A DNA stretch of 49,054 bases from Bacteroidota bacterium (GTDB taxonomy: Bacteria > Bacteroidota > Bacteroidia > NS11-12g > UBA955): positions 1 through 49,054 of the forward strand of contig JBEDND010000023.1 of assembly GCA_041170785.1 (NCBI GenBank), in the 5' to 3' direction. This document shows, piece after piece, positions 38,150 to 46,150 of this stretch (position 1 is the stretch's first letter; every line of letters starts with the position of its first letter). The translations under genes were made by a program, and so were the position numbers. Under the pieces are notes generated by a model that was not told the origin of the DNA, searched no databases, and worked only from the letters and a program-made list of their open reading frames with translations.

Positions 38150-38186
38150 AAAAAGGCCGCACTAAACATGCGGCCTTTTTCATTTT
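38150..38186 (+). terminator. Intrinsic terminator after the 37702-38133 lipoprotein gene
   Basis: Hairpin AAAAAGGCCGC-ACTAAACAT-GCGGCCTTTTT followed by CATTTT. Confidence 0.75.
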
Positions 38187-38216
38187 ACAACGAATGCATT
38201 CATTTTTGCCCCAACA

Positions 38217-41159
38217 ATGTCCGTAAAAACAATGATGCGTAAGCTCCTGCTCATCCTGTTTGCCCTGTTTACCTATGGTTTACATGCGCAACAAAAACTC
38301 AGCACCTATGAAACCATTCGCAACAGCGACTGGGAATACACCTATTGGAGCAACGATCCGCTCAAAACCAGGTTTTACAAACTGCAAAACGGTTTAACGG
38401 TCATCACTTCACAAAACAAGTCGAAACCGCGCATTCAAACCATGGTTGCGGTGAAAACCGGGAGCAAGAACGACCCGGCCGACAATACCGGCCTGGCACA
38501 TTACCTCGAACACATGTTGTTCAAGGGAACCGACAACTACGGAACCCAGGATTGGCAGAAAGAACAGGTATTTCTTGATCAGATCGACCAACTTTATGAT
38601 GCCTACAACCAAAGCCGAGATTCGGTAAATCGGAAACGTATTTACCGCGCCATCGATTCTGTGTCGGCACTGGCTGCATCCTTTGCTGTTGCCAACGAAT
38701 ACGACAAGATGTGCCAAAGCATCGGCGCTTCCGGCACGAATGCATTCACCAGCTTTGAGCAAACGGTGTACATCAACGACATTCCCTCCAATGCACTTCA
38801 CCAATGGGTTTCTTTGGAAGCCGAACGCTTCCGCAACCCTGTTTTACGTCTGTTTCATACCGAACTGGAAGCCGTTTATGAGGAAAAGAACATCTCACTG
38901 GACGACGACATGAGCCAAGCTTGGGAAGCACTGATGGCCGGTTTGTTCAGCAAGCACAACTACGGCCTGCAAACAACCATCGGAACCGTAGAACATCTGA
39001 AAAACCCTTCGCTGAAAGCCATTCGCGAATACTACAAGAAGTATTACGTGCCCAATAATATGGCCATCATCATGGTGGGTGATTTCGACCCGGATGAGGC
39101 GGTAAGCATGATTGATGGTCATTTTGGAAACATGCAGCCCGCAGCTGTTCCGCCTTATCGCTACGAACCAGAATCACCACGCGCCACACCAGAAACAAAA
39201 ACGGTGTTTGGACCCGAAGCGGAACAGCTGATAATTGGCTATCGCACACCGGGTGCCGGCACCAAAGAAGCCACCATTGCGCGCTTGGTAGACCTGATCC
39301 TGAACAATGCTTCCGCCGGCCTTATTGACCTGAATCTGGTGAAACAACAAAAAGTTTTATCGGCCAACAGCGCCGCTGAAGTCCTGAAGGACTACGGCTT
39401 GTTCCTGCTTATGGGTCGTCCGAAAGAAGGCCAGAGCCTGGAAGAGGTGCGCACCTTGCTGCTCGAACAGGTGGAACTGGTAAAAAAAGGCGCCTTCGAC
39501 GCGGAATTGCTGCGTTCCATCATCCTCAATGAAGAAATATCAGAAATCAATGAACTGAAAAGCAATATGGGCCGTGCCATGATGCTCATGAGTGCCTATA
39601 CCTCGGATCTGCGCTACGACGCTGCCAGAAATGAGTTGTACGAAATGAGCCGCATCACCAAAGAAGAAATTATGGCTTTTGCCAACGAATACCTGGCCAA
39701 CGACCGCGTAGAAGTGTATAAAAAAATGGGTACACCCGCGGCAAATGCGAAAATCGAAAAGCCGGAAATCAGCCAGGTGGCCCTCAACCGCGACAAACAA
39801 AGCCATTGGACCACCGAATGGCTCCAGGAAAAATCAGACAGCCTCAAGCCCGTATTCGCTGATTTCAATAAAGACATTCAGAAAGCCACACTCGGACAGG
39901 TTCCGGTTTGGTATGTAAAGAACAACGACAACCGTTTGTTTAACCTCAATTACGTGCTGGACCTCGGAAGACTGCACATCCGTGAACTTCCACTGGCCCT
40001 GAGTTATTTCAAGTTCCTTGGAACCTCCAACCTCAGCAACGAAGCGCTGAGCCGGAAGTTTTACAGCCTCGGATGCAATTACGGCATATTCACCGGCGAC
40101 AAACAATGCTACATCTCTTTGTCTGGTCCTGAAGAACACTTTGATGCTGCTTTGACGCTGCTGGAAGAACTCTTACAAAAGCCCGCCTCCGATAAAGAAG
40201 CGCTCAAAAACCTCGTAGACCGCACGATTAAAGAACGCGAAGATTCCAAGCTGGATAAATCCAGCATCAGCCAGGCACTGTCCAGTTATGCGCGTTACGG
40301 TAAAGACAATCCCTTCCGATACACGCTCAGCAATGCCGAATTGAAAGCCCTGAAACCGGAAACATTGTTGGGCATCATCAAAAACCTCAACGCCTACCCG
40401 CATAAGGTTTTTTACTACGGTCAACGTTCCCTGCCCGACCTGATGAACACATTAGGCGCCCAACACCGCATACCGGCAAAAACACTTGCTGCACCGACCG
40501 TCAAAACCTTTCAGGAAAAAAACCCTGAACAAACGCGGGTTTACTTCGCCCACTTCGACATGGTTCAGGCCGATGTACGCTGGCAGCGTCCAAGCGGCAC
40601 ATACCAGGCCGGCACAGAAGCTACCGTGCAATTGTTCAATGAATACTTTGGCGGTGGTATGGGCAGCGTGGTGTTCCAATCCATCCGTGAAAGCAAAGCC
40701 CTCGCGTACAGCACGTACTCGTACTTCATGTCGCCGGATGAAAAACAAAAAAACAACCAGGTTTTTGCCTTCGTAGGCACCCAATCCGATAAGCTACACG
40801 ACGCCATTGGCGCCATGCAGGAACTGCTCGACAGCCTGCCCATGGATGCCGGCATGCTGCAACTTGCCCGCGCTTCCATCCGAAAACAAATCGAATCCGC
40901 ACGCTATGTTGAAGATCAGATCCTGTTTCGCTACAACGAGGCCCTCCGCCTCGGCATGGAAGAAGACGTACGCAAAAATGTGTATGTCAACTGCGCGCAA
41001 TTGACCCCCATCGACATTGTGCGCTTCCACAAAACACACTTCAGCGGCAAGCCATACAACCTCACCATCGTAGGTTCAAAGAAGAATATTGACCTTAAAA
41101 GCCTGGAACAATACGGACCGGTGGAATCTGTTCCTATGAACATGCTCTTCCCATATTGA
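38217..41159 (+). CDS. Large M16-family zinc peptidase (fused active and inactive halves)
   Basis: 980-aa ORF with a signal peptide. HxxEH motif in GLAHYLEHMLFKGT, downstream E-rich catalytic segment (LEAVYEEKNISLDDD). The second half repeats the M16 C-terminal-type fold without the zinc motif. Confidence 0.88.
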   Translation: MSVKTMMRKLLLILFALFTYGLHAQQKLSTYETIRNSDWEYTYWSNDPLKTRFYKLQNGLTVITSQNKSKPRIQTMVAVKTGSKNDPADNTGLAHYLEHMLFKGTDNYGTQDWQKEQVFLDQIDQLYDAYNQSRDSVNRKRIYRAIDSVSALAASFAVANEYDKMCQSIGASGTNAFTSFEQTVYINDIPSNALHQWVSLEAERFRNPVLRLFHTELEAVYEEKNISLDDDMSQAWEALMAGLFSKHNYGLQTTIGTVEHLKNPSLKAIREYYKKYYVPNNMAIIMVGDFDPDEAVSMIDGHFGNMQPAAVPPYRYEPESPRATPETKTVFGPEAEQLIIGYRTPGAGTKEATIARLVDLILNNASAGLIDLNLVKQQKVLSANSAAEVLKDYGLFLLMGRPKEGQSLEEVRTLLLEQVELVKKGAFDAELLRSIILNEEISEINELKSNMGRAMMLMSAYTSDLRYDAARNELYEMSRITKEEIMAFANEYLANDRVEVYKKMGTPAANAKIEKPEISQVALNRDKQSHWTTEWLQEKSDSLKPVFADFNKDIQKATLGQVPVWYVKNNDNRLFNLNYVLDLGRLHIRELPLALSYFKFLGTSNLSNEALSRKFYSLGCNYGIFTGDKQCYISLSGPEEHFDAALTLLEELLQKPASDKEALKNLVDRTIKEREDSKLDKSSISQALSSYARYGKDNPFRYTLSNAELKALKPETLLGIIKNLNAYPHKVFYYGQRSLPDLMNTLGAQHRIPAKTLAAPTVKTFQEKNPEQTRVYFAHFDMVQADVRWQRPSGTYQAGTEATVQLFNEYFGGGMGSVVFQSIRESKALAYSTYSYFMSPDEKQKNNQVFAFVGTQSDKLHDAIGAMQELLDSLPMDAGMLQLARASIRKQIESARYVEDQILFRYNEALRLGMEEDVRKNVYVNCAQLTPIDIVRFHKTHFSGKPYNLTIVGSKKNIDLKSLEQYGPVESVPMNMLFPY

Positions 41160-41217
41160 GGCCTGTTTCGTGCTTTGGAACGGAATTTGGGTTTCTTCCC
41201 ATCAATGACCAAGCGGT

Positions 41218-42027
41218 ATGAACACAAAAAAGCACCTAATCATCGCCATTCTGGCCCTGGGCCTCAGCTTTAGTTCCTTCTTGCTTCAAAAACCGGAAGA
41301 CAATGGCTTCAGCTTCCGCAAATTGCCCAATACCGCATTCAAAGCAGGAGAGAAGCTCACCTATCGAGCACATTACGGACTGATCAATGCCGCCCGCATC
41401 ACCATGAGTGTAGATCCCGTCATGCAGCAAATTGGCACCCGCAAGGCGTTTCTGGTGCGCACAGAAGGAGAAACCCTCAAAAGCTTCGACTGGATGTACA
41501 AAGTGCGGGATAAGTTTGACAGCTACCTCGACGAAGAATCTATGGCTCCGTTGCGTTACAGCATGTCGAAGCGCGAAAACAAATACAGCGCCGTGGATGC
41601 CGTGATTTACTACCACGAACAGAAGAAACTCCGCAACCTGAAAGGAGAAATGGTCATGCCCGTGTACACCCAGGATATTGCTTCCGCCATCTACTACGCC
41701 AGAAATCTGGATTTCACCTCGGCAAAGATTGGCCAAACCTATCCTGTAGATGTATACATGGACAACAAGGTCTATAACCTGCAGTTCAAGTTCATTGGCC
41801 GCGAAACGCTGAATACCGATATCGGAAAGGTGCGTTGCATCAAACTGCGCCCCAAGTTGGTGGTAGATCGCGTGTTCAAAGAAGATGACGACATGACCAT
41901 CTGGGTTTCCGACGACAAGAACAAAATTCCGATTCGCGTAGAAAGCGCCATCAAAGTGGGCAGCGTAAAAGTGGACATCACCGCCTACGAAAACCTGCGA
42001 AACACCTTTGATGCGCTGCTGAAGTAA
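41218..42027 (+). CDS. DUF3108 domain protein
   Basis: 269-aa ORF with a signal/TM N-terminus. FKAGEKLTYRAHYGLINAARITMSV... and the later beta-rich pattern resemble DUF3108. Confidence 0.6.
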   Translation: MNTKKHLIIAILALGLSFSSFLLQKPEDNGFSFRKLPNTAFKAGEKLTYRAHYGLINAARITMSVDPVMQQIGTRKAFLVRTEGETLKSFDWMYKVRDKFDSYLDEESMAPLRYSMSKRENKYSAVDAVIYYHEQKKLRNLKGEMVMPVYTQDIASAIYYARNLDFTSAKIGQTYPVDVYMDNKVYNLQFKFIGRETLNTDIGKVRCIKLRPKLVVDRVFKEDDDMTIWVSDDKNKIPIRVESAIKVGSVKVDITAYENLRNTFDALLK

Positions 42028-42054
42028 CCCCTAAACCCCGCAAACACACGAACA

Positions 42055-42085
42055 CGCACTGCCCGAACAGCGGTGCGTATTCGTT
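42055..42085 (+). terminator. Possible intrinsic terminator after the DUF3108 gene
   Basis: 8-bp stem CGCACTGC-CCGAACA-GCGGTGCG with one G-U pair, followed by TATTCGTTT. The U-tract is weak. Confidence 0.4.
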
Positions 42086-42106
42086 TAATACCATCGCGTT
42101 TATTTT

Positions 42107-42202
42107 GGGCGTAACCCCGCATTCGCGGGGTCGGGCTGTACGCTGCAAGTCCTCAGCCCTGAATGGCGGGCCTGCGGGCTTTCCGCTGCCATCCCTTACG
42201 CG
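42107..42202. other. GC-rich multi-hairpin intergenic element (REP-like repeat or candidate small RNA)
   Basis: Closing inverted repeat GCGTAA (42109-42114) / TTACGC (42196-42201). It encloses CCCCGC-ATTC-GCGGGG (42115-42130), GGGCTG-15 nt-CAGCCC (42133-42159) and a G/C-rich arm with direct repeat GCGGGCYT x2 (42166-42181). The element sits between convergent genes. Confidence 0.4.
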
Positions 42203-42244
42203 AAATGAACCACTCCGCCAACCCCAAACCACAACAAATCGTAC

Positions 42245-43855
42245 TCAAGAAACCCCACCCGAAGATTGAATGGCTGCCGTAATCAAGGCAATCTTCTTGT
42301 ATTTAGATTCTCCAACCTCAAAATATTCATACATCCTGCGCAGGGAAGAACCAATCCCATCAACGCTTAGGTTCGCCTGTTCAGCCAGTTTCTTGTTTGA
42401 AATGGTAGGATTGCCGAGTAGAATATTCAATACCAGCCAATCTGTTTCATTCAATTTACGCGACAAGGCCAACTCTATTTGTTCCCTGTTTAACCTAAAC
42501 ACCTCTGCATGTACCATCAATTCACGCTGCTTGTTCTTTTTCAGGGATTCAATTTCTGTCAACAGTTCCTGCAGCCTAGCTTTATTCTTTACCCGATACT
42601 GCTGAAACACCAACACAGATGTTGCCGCCAAAATCAAGATGGTGAACGCCACCACGGCAAGCATTGTTAACTGTTTCATCCTTGCCGCGTTCGAAGCCTC
42701 CTTGTTTCTGGCATGAAACTGTGCCAATTGTACTTGATGTTCTCGCTGAATCACCTCTTGGAGGATTTCAAATTGATGCAGTTCCTGGTTCACACTGTCA
42801 GAAAACAAAGTGTACAATTCGTGCATTTCGAGCGATTTCCGATCGTTGCCAATTTGTTTGTAGCATTGATATAACAGATAATACAGTTCCTTTTTCAGGC
42901 CCTTATTATTGAACTTCCGCACCTCATCCATCAAGGGTTTAGCCAACAACAAGCCCTGATCCGGATGTTCATGAAAAGCTAATTGCGCCCGAATGAGCTT
43001 TGCTTCTGTAACACCTTCCTCAACACTCAGCCGGGTATTTAACTCCAGGCATTTTTCAACGGCCTCTTTTGCTTTTTGACGGTCATTTGATTTTTCATAA
43101 ACACGCGCCAAATCACCATAGGAATCAGCTGCAAAAATCAGGTTGCCGTTGAGTTCGAAGTTGGCTATACCTTTTTGATAAAAGTCGCGTGCACGTTTAT
43201 AATCACCTAGCCAATAATACGAAAGGCCGATATTGCTGTAAATGATTCCAAGCGTTTGATCCCGGTCATTTGATGGATCCATTCCATTCAGCACCTTCAA
43301 ATAATATTCAAGTGCCAGGCTGTATTTTTTGATGATGAGAAATACATTACCTATGCTTGTGTGCATTCGTATGATGCCTTTCTTGTGGTTGAAGCGCTCA
43401 TAAATATCCAAGGCTTCATAAAAAAACCTGGATGCATTCAGGTAATCCGATTGATACACATACACATTGCCGATGTTTCCGAGGATGTCAGCCTGAAACA
43501 AACTGTTGTTCAAGGACCTGGCAATATTCCCGGCCTTTTGATAGGTTTCCAGCGCTTTATCATATTTGCGCTGCAAGCGCAATATGTTTCCTTGGCGCTT
43601 CAGGGCGTAAAACTGTTCCGTTAAATCACCTTTGTCCAAAGCCAGCCTCAGGTGGTATTCCAGGGATGTCAAAGTGGTATCCGGATTCGTCTGGTGGTTT
43701 AATTCATAAAAAACTTCCAGCGCATGAAAGCGCAGAGAATCTTCCGTTGCAGTGTTTTCCCAAACATTCCGCAGGTGAATCGACCGTATTCCGGCCGATT
43801 CACCCCGGTATGAACCACAAAGAAGCACTACCAGGAAACAAAGAAACTTCGCCAT
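42245..43855 (-). CDS. Membrane-anchored TPR-repeat sensor with C-terminal LuxR/GerE-type HTH (one-component regulator)
   Basis: 536-aa ORF with an N-terminal signal/anchor. Multiple TPR-like units carry A..Y..A/L..Y spacing. There is an internal TM helix (LTMLAVVAFTILILAATSVLVF) and a coiled coil. The C-terminal LNILLGNPTISNKKLAEQANLSVDGIGSSLRRMYEYFEV fits the GerE HTH pattern. Confidence 0.7.
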   Translation of the reverse strand: MAKFLCFLVVLLCGSYRGESAGIRSIHLRNVWENTATEDSLRFHALEVFYELNHQTNPDTTLTSLEYHLRLALDKGDLTEQFYALKRQGNILRLQRKYDKALETYQKAGNIARSLNNSLFQADILGNIGNVYVYQSDYLNASRFFYEALDIYERFNHKKGIIRMHTSIGNVFLIIKKYSLALEYYLKVLNGMDPSNDRDQTLGIIYSNIGLSYYWLGDYKRARDFYQKGIANFELNGNLIFAADSYGDLARVYEKSNDRQKAKEAVEKCLELNTRLSVEEGVTEAKLIRAQLAFHEHPDQGLLLAKPLMDEVRKFNNKGLKKELYYLLYQCYKQIGNDRKSLEMHELYTLFSDSVNQELHQFEILQEVIQREHQVQLAQFHARNKEASNAARMKQLTMLAVVAFTILILAATSVLVFQQYRVKNKARLQELLTEIESLKKNKQRELMVHAEVFRLNREQIELALSRKLNETDWLVLNILLGNPTISNKKLAEQANLSVDGIGSSLRRMYEYFEVGESKYKKIALITAAIQSSGGVS

Positions 43856-43884
43856 TTACCCCTTTGAGGTTGAAATAACTGCCT

Positions 43885-44292
43885 TCACCATTCAGGACAG
43901 GTAGCCATGTCAAAACCCTCCTTGTACCAGCTCACGGTAGCATACTGACCAAATGCATTACTCTTCACATCAAGCACATTCCCGTCGCATTTGAACACCA
44001 CTCTGTATTTAACAATAGAGGTTTTACTCTGCTGGATGAACAGCGAATCGCCTTTGGTCCACCATGGTTTGGGGTTGGGAATGGCATCTTTGATGGTTCC
44101 AAATTTTCCATCCGCCGAGTAAATGGTGTACATCAAACTGTCGGTAAACTCATACAAGGTGGAACTCATGATCACCCATCTGCCCTGAACCTTATAATCA
44201 GGTGCCGGTTTGACCATTGGGCCTTGGGGCTCAGTGTCCTTGCATGCGAACAGCATGGCGCTGCACATCAAAATGCTCATTATTCTTTTCAT
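43885..44292 (-). CDS. Small lipoprotein (hypothetical)
   Basis: The internal ATG at 44292 gives MKRIMSILMCSAMLFACKD (lipobox LFAC). The track ORF extends to 44394 without signal-like sequence. Beta-rich. Lies 29 nt downstream of the TPR-HTH gene. Confidence 0.55.
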   Translation of the reverse strand: MKRIMSILMCSAMLFACKDTEPQGPMVKPAPDYKVQGRWVIMSSTLYEFTDSLMYTIYSADGKFGTIKDAIPNPKPWWTKGDSLFIQQSKTSIVKYRVVFKCDGNVLDVKSNAFGQYATVSWYKEGFDMATCPEW

Positions 44293-44511
44293 ATCTGTAG
44301 TGTTTTTGAGGTTCCAAAACAAAGTCCGGACCTTGTTTAGAGGTTCACGCTTGGGGGTGAATTTAATAATTACACAACCAAAAGGTATAAACATCCTTCA
44401 CCGGAACGGAACACAGCAATGTTGATTGGACCGCGCCTAAAAGCCTGCTCTAAACTGGAATTCAAGTCATGGATCGAAAGAAACTGAACCATGCATCACG
44501 TACATTCCTGC

Positions 44512-44547
44512 AAAAAGAAAGCGCAGACAAATTGCCCGCGCTTTCTT
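44512..44547 (-). terminator. Intrinsic terminator of the E2 gene
   Basis: On the minus strand: AAGAAAGCGC-13 nt loop-GCGCTTTCTT, running into TTTTTG. It lies 22 nt after the E2 stop. Confidence 0.7.
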
Positions 44548-44568
44548 GATTGGTTTCGAATAACATCA

Positions 44569-45792
44569 TTACACCAGCAAGCGCACCGGCTCTTCGAGCA
44601 GCTGCTTCAAGGTTTGCAGGAACTGAGCTCCGCTGGCACCATCCACCACGCGGTGGTCGCAACTCAGGGTTACCTTCATCACCTTTACGGGTTTTATTTC
44701 CCCATTCACCACACCCACGGTTTCCTTCACCGCGCCCACAGCCAAAATACAGGCATCCGGAGGGTTGATGATGGCGGTAAATTCCTCTATACCAAACATG
44801 CCTAAGTTGCTGATGGTAAAGGTATTTCCTGCCCAGTCCTGCGGTTGCAGTTTCTTCGCTTTGGCACGTGCGCCGTATTCTTTCACTTCACTGCTGATCT
44901 GGCTAAGGTTCTTCTGATCGGCAAAACGCACCACAGGAACCAGCAATCCCTCTTCCACGGCCATGGCCACGCCAATATTGATGTGGTGGTTGTAACGGAT
45001 GGTGCTGCCCAGCCAAGAACTGTTGATCTTGGGATGTTTGCGCAGCGCAGCTGCGGATGCTTTAATCACCAAATCGTTCATGCTGATTTTCACATCACTG
45101 ATTTGGTTCATCTGTTCACGTGCCTGCACAGCTTTGTCCATGTTGATTTCAATGGTCAAGTAGAAGTGCGGCGCAGAGAACTTGCTCTCACTCAGGCGCG
45201 CGGCAATGGTTTTGCGCATCTGCGAAACCGGAACCTCTTCATAACTTTCAGTGCCGGTAAACGCTACTGCGGAAGGAGTAGCAACGGCGCTGCCGGTATA
45301 ATTTTCAACATCTTGCTTGACAATACGGCCATTCTCGCCACTGCCCTTCACCGCCGATAAATCGATTCCTTTGTCGGCGGCCAATTTTTTCGCCAATGGA
45401 GAGGCAAGGATTCTTGTGGTTGTAGTAGTAGTTGTTGTTACAGGAGCAGAAGCGGGCGCGGGCGTTTGAACAGGTGCCGAAGCGTTGTCGGCAACGGGCG
45501 CTTCTGCCTTGGATGCTGAAGCCGGAGCTGACAACAAGCCCTGGAAGTCTTCGCCGGGTTGCCCAACCACCGCCACGATTCCATCAACCGGAACACTCTG
45601 GCCTTCTTTTGCGGCAATATGCAACAGTGTTCCCTTGCTGTAACATTCAAAATCCATGGTAGCCTTATCGGTTTCTACCTCGGCAATGATGTCGCCTGAT
45701 TTTATCGGGTCGCCCTCTTTAACAAGCCATTTCACCACAACACCTTCGGTCATGGTATCGCTCATTTTGGGCATGCGGATGATTTCAGCCAT
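44569..45792 (-). CDS. 2-oxoacid dehydrogenase E2 (dihydrolipoamide acyltransferase), pyruvate-dehydrogenase-like
   Basis: 407-aa ORF. Lipoyl domain IAEVETDKATMDFE; Ala/Pro/Thr linkers; E3/E1-binding domain LASPLAKKLAADKGIDLSAVKGSGENGRIVKQDV; catalytic DHRVVDGA motif. Confidence 0.9.
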   Translation of the reverse strand: MAEIIRMPKMSDTMTEGVVVKWLVKEGDPIKSGDIIAEVETDKATMDFECYSKGTLLHIAAKEGQSVPVDGIVAVVGQPGEDFQGLLSAPASASKAEAPVADNASAPVQTPAPASAPVTTTTTTTTRILASPLAKKLAADKGIDLSAVKGSGENGRIVKQDVENYTGSAVATPSAVAFTGTESYEEVPVSQMRKTIAARLSESKFSAPHFYLTIEINMDKAVQAREQMNQISDVKISMNDLVIKASAAALRKHPKINSSWLGSTIRYNHHINIGVAMAVEEGLLVPVVRFADQKNLSQISSEVKEYGARAKAKKLQPQDWAGNTFTISNLGMFGIEEFTAIINPPDACILAVGAVKETVGVVNGEIKPVKVMKVTLSCDHRVVDGASGAQFLQTLKQLLEEPVRLLV

Positions 45793-46150
45793 AAGATTTT
45801 CGGCAAAAATAAGGCAAATGCCCTGCTGTGGAAAAGGATTTATATGATTACCAAAGGCTGTATTGGTTTTTCTACAGGCACACCTTGGAAATGGATTTTT
45901 TCACCGCTTGATGCCCAACATACAACACATTTTCCCGAAGCTAAAGGAGCCGGCATCCGCGAATACAATCGGGCAAACCGAAAGGCTGCAAAAGATTAAA
46001 CCATGAAGCGTACGGAGGAATCGCCCAAAACCTCATTGTTTTCTTTGGCATGCTGCAACCCTTGGTACTAAAAAAACAAGGCAAAACCTTAAGCTCCATT
46101 AACCATTTCTTAATATTATGAATATTATTTCGTCTCGTTTATTCAAGACC

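Noticed and set aside
42107-42202. Possible tRNA, because a closing stem plus three hairpins looks cloverleaf-like
   Set aside because: The stem and loop sizes are wrong: a 4-nt first loop, a 15-nt second loop, no 7-nt anticodon loop, no GTTCRANYC T-loop, and no spacer after the closing stem. It is not a tRNA.
41978-42232. 84-aa minus-strand ORF in the DUF3108/TPR intergenic region
   Set aside because: It is composed of the translated GC-rich hairpin element (Arg/Gly/Pro-rich) and overlaps the 3' end of the DUF3108 gene. It is better explained as a non-coding structured element.
45793-46150. Cobalamin or other riboswitch upstream of the TonB-dependent receptor
   Set aside because: I could find no B12-box-like GCCACTG core or other riboswitch consensus by eye. 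The region is kept only as a low-interest unexplained leader.
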